The notes beneath the pieces are model-generated. The model was given only the letters and a program-made list of their open reading frames with translations. It had not been told where the DNA came from and did no database searches. DNA of 64,000 nucleotides from Amphiscolops sp. MND2022 (Eukaryota): contig OZ076413.1 of assembly GCA_964187785.1 (NCBI GenBank), forward strand, positions 50,036,001-50,100,000, written 5' to 3'. Below, in pieces: positions 51,073 to 62,980 of the stretch. The translations under genes and the position numbers were made by a program. Every line of letters begins with the position of its first letter. Within the stretch, counting starts at the first letter, position 1.

Positions 51073-54035
51073 TAAATTTTCCAACATGCTCTCGGAAAAG
51101 ATTTGTGCTGTTTTTATTCCAGAATATGCATTGATGCCCCCAAAAAACGAAAAAGTAATCATATGACGTTTTTGGCATAAGTTCCGTTCTTTTTCATGGT
51201 TATGCAAATCTATTTATCTCAGAAAATGTATTTCTATGTTGCATACTTTTTAGATCAGGATCAGCCAAGTGAACGATGAAGAAAACATCCTTGTGCGTTG
51301 TCAAACAGGTTAAATATTTTTTAAAAAAAGGCCTCAAGAAATCTTCAGAAGTCACATTTTCTCCAATTTTAATAGTGTTTACTAGTTTCGGTAGTTTTCC
51401 AACATTTAGGTCAGTATGTATAATTGTAGCGTTTGAAGACAACATAATTGCCGCTTTAACATTTTCTTGGAATGAAAAAGCTGATGATATTTTTTAAGAA
51501 TACACAAATTGTCCAATCAAGAGCCAAAAAAATTTGAACGTTTAATGCTTTTCTCGATAATTTTGGCATGCTTTTGTAGTATGAATCTTCATGGAGTTCA
51601 ATAACAAAAAGTTTGCAATCAAACCTTTTTTTGGAAAAAATGTCCTTCCAGCTTTTCCATAGCAAGAAATGTACAGAAGTTCTCACGCTGAAACCTTAAA
51701 AACATGTCGTATTTAATTTATTTCGGGGCGGAAAATATCCCGCTAAAAAGCGGGCCTGATGTATCTAACCTCATTTGTACTTAATACTTTTGTACTGGAC
51801 ACAATAATTTAGCTTTATGATAAATTGATTTGACCGGAAAACGAAAAGCGAGGTTGCATGGCATCTATGAAAGCTCAATTGAGATAAAATTTGACGAAAA
51901 CTTAGGATGCAAACTCCAGATTCTTTCACGGAACTGTGCTCATAGTTTCTGACAAATTATTATCAAGTTTTTTATATATTTTTTTTGTGTTGCTTGTCAT
52001 ATGAAACTATTGAGGAAAACGACCAGAAGCTAGCTGGTCTTCGAAAGTATGTATATACCATTAGTTGTGTGGTAATTCTCAAATAAGGCTCACAGATTTT
52101 TTTCATATCTGACAAAAATTTAGCCGTGTATGCATGAAAGCTGTGTATGCATGGAAAACCTTCCAGCAAATTCGACTAATAATAGTGCTTCAGATGGCAG
52201 AGTTATGACAAACTGTAATTGGCAGCAGGGGATAATCAATCCATCATTCGGGTATAAACAAAAGCACAAAAACAAAACTTGGTTTTTTATAACGATTGTT
52301 GTCTTATAGCAGTTGTTTTTAGTCAGAAGTTATTGTGCCAGCTCATTTTGTTGGTTTATTTAGCTGACTGTCAAAACACTTTGTTTTATGAATTTAATAG
52401 TATGGCCGTCTCTTTTCGGAAAACAAAATCAATTTATGAATGAGATGTATTAAAATTCAACTAGGAAATTTGTCTGAATTAGCTGTATGACAAAATGACT
52501 TGACCGGAAAACGAATAGCAAAGGTTTTGATCAAATAATGATGCCCAAAAACTAATTTGAATGGTGCGTGAGGGAAACAGAGCTTGAACTTTAGAGGTAT
52601 GATTTTTATTCTTTACGTTATTAACTAAGAGTTATTAAAGAGTGTCACATCATTGTCATTCCAGTTTTATTTCTCTTATATTTCAAGAAGATTTTTTATA
52701 GGTCAAGCGTTGATGATACTTCAAGAAACTTCAACCAGAATAAATTTGAACAGTAAAAATTAAAACAAAATTGAACAGTTTTGGGTTTCTTTTTAAAGTT
52801 TTCTTTTCAAAAACATTCAGGTATATGCAAAACATATGGAATATGTGCGGAAAAAAAGAATTCAAAAGGTCATTCATGAATCATATGCCCAAAAACATCA
52901 AGTATACTGTAATGTCATATAATTGCGGTGTCATTTAATACTGTTATAAACTTACCCGGGTTTGTCATAAAAGGAGAACTCAAAACTGAGGGTAGATACA
53001 TTTGCATCAAAAGACGATTCCAGATCTACCTGGATATACCAGTTAATGTATCCACTACACATCTCGTTCCTTTTGAATGCAAAATGACACGAGATGAACT
53101 TTTTTACGACTGGTAAAATTTACTATTATAATATTAAATATGTTCACATATTAGATCCGAATTGTCATTAAAGAGCGAACAATGCGATGGTCAAAGGAAG
53201 TAGAATAAAAATTAGACACTAAAATGGAATTTCTAGCTTTAATTCGTGAACAAAAACTTTATTTTCAGCTTTTATCTCGAGTCTGACTCCAAAATGAAGC
53301 AAATTTTTTATGTTGGCCTTCAAAAAGTAGACTGTAAAATTACTTTGAAAAGTAAGCACTATCCAAAAACTGATAAAAATTCCAATATTCAAAGCAAATT
53401 CAAATAAAACATGTTGTGTTTCTGCAATTTTGACCAGAACCGATGAACAAAGTATCAAAAATCTTTCAGTTCCTTTTAAACCAACTACACAATCACGTGA
53501 TGAAGTTATGGCGTCTCTATACCAATATTTTTGAAGTAGCCAATCAGAGTGAAGAGTGTCGTCTCCTCTTTGTTTGCTTCAATTTTTCAGCTCGTTTGTT
53601 CTGATATTGAAATCAGAGTTGAAAAAATCTCGACGCACCAACCGGCTGGAAATTAATTGCAACCAAGCATATTCCAGTAACATCATTCTGCTTTGAAAGT
53701 ATATTCACATACGGATCAAAGTCAACATAGAAAGAAAACCAACGATGCGACGCAGTTTTGGTAAAGGTAAGCAAATGTTGTCTAACTTCAATTTTAATCA
53801 TACTAGTATCCGTAATCATGAAGATCAACTGAAGGTTTCATTTTCGTTTGTATGACAGATAAAGATAAAGACTCAGCAACTTTTCACAAACTCCAACTCC
53901 TTAAGACGCGAACACCAAGTTTTTGAAATAGAATTAGGTTTTCGTCTAGTTGAATTACATTCGTTTCTACTCATTTTGATTAAATACAAGCGCCTTTCTT
54001 GACTACTATTCACGGGTGCTTCTAATTTACCTTAC

Positions 54036-54143
54036 CATGCCACCAACCCTTCCCGTACTGCCACTCCACCGCATACCACTGGTGACAACCATTGGAGCTC
54101 CAATGACTACAGGTGGAGGCAACTTCGTCAGTCACATTTCTCT
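54036..54143 (-). CDS. Candidate isolated 108-bp exon (phase 1-1) of an unidentified gene
   Basis: TTTTCACAG acceptor and G|GTAAG donor around a GC-richer island; the single open frame reads RNVTDEVASTCSHWSSNGCHQWYAVEWQYGKGWWH. Confidence 0.5.
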
Positions 54144-55560
54144 CTGTGAAAAAATATTAAATCATGAATTTCAGAAAAGTATTGAAAATGTAATTTTGAC
54201 TGTCATCGTTTTATAATTAGATCCGGAGGGTTTCGTTAATTACCCTCCAGGTAATTTCGTTAATGTAACATTAAAAACTATTTTTGGCACCGCATGTCCC
54301 GAACCCGCGATGTAAGCATTGCTGCGAAGCAAACATAGCTCAGTCAAAACGAACAAAATAAAAGGGGGCTAATAACGCAGAGGTAAAATGGACTGCAAAT
54401 CCGCAAAAGCAGCAGATGTCATCTCGGTGGTCCACAAGAGGGACTTGGGTTGATCATCGGTGACCACCGATGGACAGCCATTGATTTCCAACCTGGGTTA
54501 ATTCTAGTAATCAGTTTTTTGTTTTTTTTTCCGCACCGAAGTACCCATAGGGGGTTTCATGAGATTCATGCCCATGAATGTCACTCAAAACTGATGCTAT
54601 CCCATGCACGTCACTTAGTCGAACCATGTCTTATAGATGAACCTCTGAGATGTTTATATGCTACATTCCGCAGTAAGTAGAGGGGGTTAGCATCAGCGAA
54701 ATTACTAAAATGCTGCTACAAGCGGCGCTGAATTCGGATCAAACTTTCTCAGCTACTACCTATCCGATGAGCTGTATGTTTCCAGCAAAAATACAATTCT
54801 GGTATTTTTCAACATCAATTCTGTCGCAATTGATCGTCAGGTTTGGGCCAAAATACAGGTTTCTGGCCATTGATCGTCAGGTTTATCTTAAAATAGCAAC
54901 TTCTTTCACAGGATTGCTCTGAAATTACTTCCAGTCCAGTATTTGAAGATGGCTAAACTTTTCGGGAGTCTTGCAAATCTTCTGGTGCGATGCACTTTTA
55001 ATTGTCTTATGGCGATAATGCCTTTTCATTTTCTTTTGTTTCACCAGATAAATTTCCCGGGTTAAGAACAATTAGTACATTCTATGTTTTCGTCAATGGA
55101 AACTAGATACCACACACAAAAAACATTTAATGATCATGCTTTGACTGATACATTTTCATAAGGCCATTGTATAAGCGAAATCTTTTCCTACTTGGTTATC
55201 GTGTGGGGCTAAATGTTTTATATATGGTCATTGTATCAATTAAGTTTTATATATTGTCATTGTACGGCTTGTGTGTTTTCTGTGAAAGATTTTAATAAAA
55301 CGGAGTTTATTCCTAAGAAACCTTCTCAATAGTAATGGTCTTCGGCTAATCAGGCTAAATATGGGACTGGAGATTCCTCCATCTTGACCAGAATCCAAAA
55401 CGGATACATTGAAGATTTTTGTGCTCCTTAATATAAAGATGTTATATAATTATTCGACTTATTTCTATAATGGCAATAACTAATGTTCCAGCCATACCCC
55501 GTTTCAAGGAGGTTTGTGTTTCAAACGAGATCAATAATGAGAAAATCAACATCAGATACC

Positions 55561-55990
55561 AACAAACCTGGACAGCCCCAAGTCGGCGCCATATCTAAGG
55601 CTCAAAAATAGCAAAAGGACTTCAAAGTGTCAAAGTATTCTCCTCTACAGCACCCGATAAATTTTTTGGGAAAAGTCTCACAATGCCGAAAAAAATTGAA
55701 AGGGGGATCTTTGGGATTTTTCCACATCCATTCTGTCGCAAAACTCCAAAAAAATTGAAGGGGGAACTCTGGGAAATTTTTTTCCGAAAAAAGTCTCGCA
55801 ATGCCGAAAAAAATTGAAAAGGGGGACGCTTTGGTCTCGTCCGGTATTGTATGTTACGAGGGAAACCTTTTTGGTTCAGTTTCTTGGGCCAACAGGTACA
55901 ATTTGGCGTCTCCTTAAAATTTTGTGGAACTTTTGGTAGAACTAATTTGGTCACTTCTGGTGTATCAAAAATTTTTTTAAAAACACTGAC
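55561..55990 (-). mobile_element. HINE-like family A element, 5' truncated
   Basis: AACAAACCTGGACAGCCCCAAGTCGGCGCCATATCTAAGGCTC end; body is the reverse complement of the 19900-20310 repeat. Confidence 0.72.
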
Positions 55991-56699
55991 TTTTTTTCCT
56001 TTGTGGCAGTTTGAACTGAGGAGTAGTCTGAGAACGTTAAGAATGCGTTCTCAACCAGTCACCATCAAATGATTCACCTATACATTGCAATTCAATTATT
56101 AGCATCAAAAAAACTTTAATTGGAATTGAAATCTAGACCAAAACATTCGCAGCGGCCTATACCTTTTAATAGAGGCCATACACAAATCTGGAAATTTGCT
56201 TTAAACTGACAATCTGTAATTGAGCACGGTTCTGGGAAAAACAACAAAACCAGATCCGAAAAGTATGGACAATTGAAGAAGTTTGTCATCTGCAGGCTTC
56301 TCGTTTCATTGTTTTTGCTTATGTTGAATAGAATATATTAGAACAGAATAGAACAAATTGAAATAATCATTTGTTGTCCGAAGGCGTGCAAATTACGAAC
56401 TACTTTGCTTTTGCCAAAATTAGCATAGTTCATGAATTTAGCGTACTCATTTGCTCGGAGTATGCCATAATTACAGAATTAATTAGATTATATATTTCAA
56501 CGGGATCAGCCATTTGTTTTCGAGATTGTTTTCCAGAAAATGCTCCGTTGAAATTCCAGTTCCTTATCTTGATGCTTTTCCAAAAAAGGCCATTCTTTGC
56601 CAAAGAATGTATATTAACTTGTAGGGTTATAATTTAATCGTTATAACTTCAACTTTCTCACCTTACCTCGAGAGGAAATCATATAAAAAGTTGTTTTAT

Positions 56700-57600
56700 G
56701 TTTATTGACATCCTATTCGATTCACAAAACCTAACTATTGCATCAATTTTTGCCGAGGAGTACAGTGTTGTCGGCGTACAGTAGTAGTACAAACCTTCGC
56801 AGTGAAACCTTGTTTCATCCTGGTCATTTGAATCAAAATGTCTTGGAGTACTCAAACTTGCAGCAGTAAATTGGTTACTTAAATAATTCTTGGTATCATT
56901 CGGGAAAATAATCAGTCACCTCGTCTCACCTCTAAACAACAATCAAAGATATCTGTAAAGACCCCGTTAAATCTGACACTCGCCTTTGTTTTTTCGTATA
57001 GGTTTCTTATTACACGAAGCAGATTGCCGTTAACCTGATAAGCAGATACTTTCTGCCACAGTATTGAGTGGTTTACCCTATCAAAAACTTTTTAGTATTC
57101 AGTGAAAGTGACAAAAAGTCTTCAATTCTGTGCAAGGTAAAGTGAGTCAATCGAGTATAAAACAAAGCACGGCCTATACAGCCAGAGGTCGTACGAAAAC
57201 ATGCCTGCTCTGCCTCTAGAATAAGCCTGCTTTGCCAATAGAGCGGTAAACAGTTTGCTCAGACAGATCGCCATAGAGATGACTGTGTAATTATTCGGGT
57301 ATTTAACATTTCCTTTTTTAAAGATGGGACAGTAGTATGAAACGGCCCATTTGTCTAGCACAACTCCAAATTTCAGTATTTTATTGAAAAACTCAATGAG
57401 GGCATGCACAACTCCAGATTTCAGTATTTTATTGAAAAACTCAATGAGGGCATATAAAAATGGATCAGACGCATATTTCAAAAACTCCGGGAAACCTTCA
57501 ACAGGACCATCTGATTTACAACTTTTAAATTTGGCTATGCATTTTTCAATTTCCTCAAAACAAAAAGGTTTTTTTGAAAATTGTTCTGCAGTAGTCTATT
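56700..57600 (-). pseudogene. Decayed non-LTR retrotransposon (LINE, RTE/L2-like) reverse transcriptase fragment
   Basis: EIEKCIAKFKSCKSDGP..., CPIFKKGN...NY..IS...LSKLF, KVFDRVNHSILW and LLLYADNTV (cf. YADD); many stops. Confidence 0.85.
57358..57453. repeat. 48-bp tandem duplication within the LINE fragment
   Basis: GCACAACTCCA(A/G)ATTTCAGTATTTTATTGAAAAACTCAATGAGGGCAT x2. Confidence 0.9.
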
Positions 57601-57710
57601 CAAAATGAGATTCAATTTCAAATTCATTTGTACTCATATAGTGATTTGGTTGTTGGAGTACTAAAAAAAGCTCACACGCTTGGTCCCATTTTTTTGACGT
57701 AACATAATCC

Positions 57711-60353
57711 TTTTCCGCCCATATTTCATATGGGAAAGGAAAAACTTTAAATGAAACGAGTTTTTTTTACAAAATTTGCCAAGCACGAAAGTTATATTAA
57801 ACTTTAAGGCTGTTACCCATAGAGTTCAACTCACATAATTTTAGCTTCGTGCGATATGTATCTGTAGAGATTTTTTGAATTATTTGAGAATGACAAAATT
57901 GACCCTATAATGACTCGAAATGACCCCAAAAATAACAAAACTTTCCCAATTTTCCTTTTTTAAATTCAATTTCTATCATTTTTTTGATAGACATTGTGGA
58001 TTAGAATGTTGAAAACGTTCAACAAGGCACAAATTTGTTGTCCATTGGTCTTACATGAAGAGATAAATGCGGTTGTTGAAAAGAAAAATTACACCAAAAT
58101 GACAAAAATTCCGAAATTTTTTGATTTCTAACGTTTTTATGCAATTTTTGTCAAATTCATGATAGACAACGTGGATTAGAATGTTGAAAACGCTCAACAT
58201 GGCAGGAAATTGTGGTGTAGTTGGCTTTTCCGTAGAATTAAACGCCATTTTCTAAATGCTCAAATTGAAACCGAAAGTGACAAAAAACCCAATTTTTTTC
58301 CAATTTTGAATCTTTTCAATGCAATTTTTGTCAAAGTTTCGAAAGACAACGTGGATTGGAATGTTGAAAACGGTCATCAAAGTAAGAATTTGTTGTCCAG
58401 TAGTCTTTTATGAAGGATAATTGCGGTTTTCAACTTGAAAAACATCTGAAATTGGCACCGAAACTGACAAAAAACCCAAAATTTTCAAATTTTCAAAATT
58501 TTTATGCAGTTTCTGTAACATTTATGAAAGACTTCGTGGTTTGGAACGTTAAAAACGGTCAACCAGGAACGAGTTTGCTGTCCATTAGGCTTTTCCCAAG
58601 AGTTGATTGCGGTTTTCAAGTTGGAAAATATCTCAAACTGGCACTGAAACTGACAAAAAATCCAAAATTTTCAAAGTTTTATTGTTTTTATGGAGCTTTT
58701 GTCAAATTATCGATAGACTTCGTGGACTAGAATGTTCAAACCCTTAAACAATGGAAGGACTCCTCACTTCACTGAGCTTTCGTTGAGAGATAAAAACAAT
58801 TTGTACTAGAAAATGCCTCAAATTGACTCAGAAAATGTCGATAAATGTAAAAGTTTTGTCGTTTTGATGCAATTTCTTTACAAAATCCGAGTTTCTCTCG
58901 TTATTCGTTCTAACACAGTCAAAACTAAAGCTATGCAGTAGATTATTTGAAGTGTACGTTGCAGCGTTTTGCTTCAAAACGTCCAGAATGACTCCAAATG
59001 AGTCGAAAAATCGAGAAAGTTCAACATCTCGTTTTTATGCAACTTATATGTACTTTTTGACTCGTTTCGGATTCAGAATGTTGGCAAACGTTCTAAAATT
59101 ATTGAACTCAAAGTCCAGTAGGCTCTTGAGGAAAAATTTGCAGACTTCGGTTAGAAAACGGTCAAAATTGACCGCAAATTTCAAAAAATCTTTAGATGAT
59201 AAAACAAGGACCGCAGCGTCCAAACAAAAAGAAATTTGCATATTTAATGGCAGAAAGTTTCCTCAGAATGACCCAAAGAAATGCAAAAACTGAGAATTTT
59301 CATTTTTAAAAACATTTATGCACTTTTTTGTACATTTTTAGGCTACTTCCTTGCGTAAAGAGGCTCACAAAACTGCGTAATGACTAGTCCCGCTATCCAG
59401 TAGAAATTTTCGAAGATATAACTACAAAGTTTTTGAGATTGCCCTGAAAAACCCCAAAATCCATCAAACGACCAAAATGCACGTTTTTTGACAAATCAAT
59501 CCAACTTTTTGTTCAAACCACGAAATTTATATGGAATAGAAATTCCGTTTGCCTGAACGCTGAAACAAAAAAGGTAATCAAAACGCAATTTGGGAAAGAA
59601 AGTACGATGGAGTTCCTCGAGTTTACAACAAAGGTGCAAGAATTTCCGAATTTTCTCAATTTTCGGCAACCAAGTAACAAACTTGCAACTTTTCCAAAAC
59701 TTACTTCAATCGGAAAACCCATAGACTCAGGATTGAAACGTTTAGCTGCCAATAGTGTTTCGGAAAGATATCAGACAAATTTTTGTGCACAATTTTCAAA
59801 AAATTTATTTGCAAACGTAAAATTCTTTTTTGACCTTATTTGTGAAATATTTAATATTCAAAAAGCTCCGAGCAAAATCACTAGGTATGGAGTAATTATT
59901 CAAAGGGAAAATGTGTTTGCAGTTTCCCACAAAGGAAGACAACCTGAGAAGGACCCAAAAACAAAAATTAAAAAAGGCATTTTCCACAATCATCAAGAAA
60001 ACTCACCAGTTACAGAGTATCAAAAGTAACAAAGAGGTCACCCCCAAGATTCTGGAATCTTATTTCCTTTACAGAAAACCTCAAAAACTAAAATTTGTGA
60101 AAAATGTTTTTGAAAATTGTCTTCAAAAAGTTCCTTACATAAGTCGCATAGTGCCGACAATACGACAAGTGGGCAGCTGTTGCATAAATAATAAATTAGG
60201 TGTTGCCTTTAAAAATGGACTAAGATGAATCAAAGCTTTTTTTCTTCGAACTTTTTTTCATAGTGCATTGGCTATTCTTGAGCCTCAAATTTATATAGTT
60301 GTAGAGAACAGTTTGGGGCGGAAAATATCTCGCTGCTCAACGGGCGTCTTGTT
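57711..60353 (+). mobile_element. Putative HINE-like family B element containing a ~180-bp degenerate tandem repeat
   Basis: 5' TTTTCCGCCC plus hairpin CCCATAT-TTC-ATATGGG; 3' GGGCGGAAAA (60316-60325) plus hairpin plus CGTCTTGTT. Same end architecture as 61678-62067. Confidence 0.55.
57880..59300. repeat. Degenerate ~176-185 bp tandem repeat (at least 5 recognisable units, up to ~7)
   Basis: Core GTGGATTAGAATGTTGAAAACG recurs at ~57996, 58172, 58351, 58537 and 58722, and weakly at ~59070. Confidence 0.75.
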
Positions 60354-61677
60354 TGTTAATATTACCTTCTTCGTACTAGCTTAAGGGGAATGTAATAATG
60401 TAAAAAATTCATATGAAATTATCAATCGGTTTTCAGTTTTGTGAGTTTTCATTGGTATATTGCTTATATATTTTAAAGATCATGCGATGTTGAAAATTTG
60501 TTAGGAGTGACAATTAGATTCGATGACGAAGTTAAATTCATATTTTGTTTTGAATTCTATCGTAATGTCATTCTATGATCATTATCTAATTCGATAAATT
60601 TTTAAAAGAAAAGTCAGTTTGTGAGCCACAGCCACAGAATAGAAGGAACTCATTGCTTCAAAAAGATCAATCTTTATTTGAGTTTTAAGAGTTCCTTTAA
60701 TTTTAACTAGTTTCCGGCATGAGATACAATAGTTTGAATGCTTTTTAAAATATACAAGTTGTACCAACAGCTTATAACAAACCAAAAATCGATTTTAAAT
60801 ACCCTCGAGAATGTCCTGTAGATCACAATCTCAAGTTTTGAAATTCGTTCATCAAAAAATTCGTAACTATCGCTTAGATAGTCATCTTAAGATTTGAGTT
60901 GTTTGCAACTATTTCCTTCCACGAACTTTTTAAGTGTTACATCGATGCATGCAGGGAGTTTTTTTTCAATTTACAAAATTCAGAAATCCTGCAGGGGAAG
61001 TCTTGTTAAACGTCCCTGCATCTTGGACAATTTTGGAAGAATTTCACTGCACTTGCGAAAAAAGTCTCTGCTTCCGATATGCCCTATAGGCAACCAAAGT
61101 ATATATCACTTCTCGTATCAAAGTAAATCGCATCAAAGTTTTCACTTCAAGTCGGGACTTTTTTTCTATATGTGAATATAATTATAGGGTACTATGAGTA
61201 AATAGAACAAACCATTGACCTTGCGATGCGGCGTAACTAAATTGGTTTCTATCAAATTGCTCTTTTGTTCTGCATTCTTTTTCACTGGGGAAGTAATAAT
61301 GAATTTGACATCCGGGAGAAAGCAATTGATTAATCAACAGACTGAATTTTACAATCGTCGGAAAGAAATTTTCCTTGAAAACAACGTTGTTTTGATCATT
61401 ATGAAACTAATTCCTTAATTATGAAACATGCGATTTGCGATAAATTCATCCACATGAAAATGAACTAAACTGCAGTTTTTCTTACGTACTATGTAGCGTA
61501 CTCTGAAAATCATATGAACCAATCATCCTCTGGAAAAACTACGGCCGAAGAAGCTCTTCGAAAGTTTTCCCAAAATATGGTGAAACTAATGAGGTTTGTT
61601 GCCTTTTTAAACCAAAATTCGTTTTGCGCCAAAATTGTGTTTGGTAACAGAGCATCGTAGATGAAGTTAGATTGTTA

Positions 61678-62067
61678 TTTTCCGACCCCACATTTTAAAA
61701 TGGGGCAGGAAAATTATGATCTGTGTTGCGTTTTTTTTCCAAATTCTGCCAAAACTCCACTTTGTACTACTCCACTTGCTCAGTTGCTGCATTCACTTAA
61801 GTGAATGCAATTGCTGTCTCCATCTAGAGTGGGGAATAGAATCTTAGAAGGGGAATAATATCTAAAGTCAAAAAAAGGAATAAGATCTAAAGGGAATAAG
61901 ATCTAAAGCTTGAGGACAGGAATGAGATCTAAAGGGAATAAGATCTAAAATCACTTAATCTTAGATCTTACTCTTTAGATCCTATTCCCGCTCCCAAAAT
62001 AGCAATGGCTCAGTTGGTGAAGGCGGAAAGGGAGGAAAATATCCCGGTGCTTAGCGGGCGTCTTGTT
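61678..62067 (+). mobile_element. HINE-like family B element with internal GGGAATAAGATCTAAA repeats
   Basis: 5' TTTTCCGACCCC plus hairpin; 3' GGGAGGAAAA plus CCCG..GCGGG hairpin plus CGTCTTGTT; short tandem repeats at 61830-61990. Confidence 0.65.
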
Positions 62068-62812
62068 ATACAAATAAAAATGAATTGGTTTTCCACTTTT
62101 AGTTTTTGGATCTTGCTCTAAATATGTTTCTTGCTGTTTAAATATGTTTCGATTTTTAGTCGGCTTTTTTTGTAACAAAAAGTGCCCGACTTTTACAGAG
62201 GCGAGTTTTTGTTTTCGTCAGACGACAGACCTCACACTGAATGGTCCACTTTTTAGACCTAACGTCGAAAACCCAAAGGGGTTCCCCAGGAGCTCCTCCA
62301 GACTATTTGGGACCCTAGGGTCCCCCTTAGGGTTTTTAGCTCTGATCATTTTTCGAAACTTTCATTTTTTCAGCGAAAGTCCCATTTGATTTTTCAATTA
62401 TTATGACCCAATATTATTTTTCATTGTTTTCAGTTGGAGAAGGATTGTTTTCAGTTTCGTGAGATATTCCTTTAAAATGCCCCGCGCATTTTTTTAAAGT
62501 TCAAGTTTTTTGCGCAATAAACGGGCCGCTGACTTCGAACGTTTCTGTCTTGTAATTTTTTTTGCCCGTTTTTCCATCGAAAAACCGAAAACTGTTTTTT
62601 TTTCAGCTCATTTTGCCGTGTTCCAACTTGTCGTAGTTGTTCTAGTTGTCGTGAATTTTGATTTTTTTTCGGAAAACGATTCAAAGGAAAGAACCTTTTT
62701 TATTGGTTGACAAAACCCACAAAGTTCAATGATTCAAGAAAAATGATCTAATACGCTTTCCGAAAACGTGACAAACGTTGAGCGTTTGTGACGTGACAAT
62801 AGAATGGAGTAC

Positions 62813-62980
62813 CTGGTACCATGGATATGGTTCGGGACAAACCACCATGACATCAGCTAATTTTAGCCTCCTAAGGGTTGCCGGTCCGTGGAGGGGAACC
62901 GTCTTAAAGGTTGCTCTCCAGCCTGAGTACAACCTGTAACTGCTGAGAATAACGTACATCATGCTTTTTTCTCTTCACAA
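62813..62980 (-). CDS. Candidate exon of an unidentified gene (5' boundary uncertain)
   Basis: GC-richer island, open frame SMMYVILSSYRLYSGWRATFKTVPLHGPATLRRLKLADVMVVCPEPYPWYQ ending at a CAG|GTAC donor; weak resemblance to a CUB-domain C-terminus. Confidence 0.4.

Noticed and set aside
37900..51300. Terminal inverted repeats and 9-bp TSD of the MULE element
   Set aside because: Could not be located by eye, so the element boundaries are not called
52928..53828. Short ORFs that look vaguely coding
   Set aside because: No recognisable domain and no consistent splice signals
54286..54350. tRNA/SINE-like B box (GGTTCG) on the minus strand
   Set aside because: No convincing A box or cloverleaf
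55320..55560. Possible second LINE RT fragment (LDSGQDGGISSPIFSL, minus strand)
   Set aside because: A single degenerate motif amid stops; too weak to annotate
58051..60228. ORFs of 65-140 aa in the satellite region
   Set aside because: K/F/N-rich translations of AT-rich repeats with no protein features
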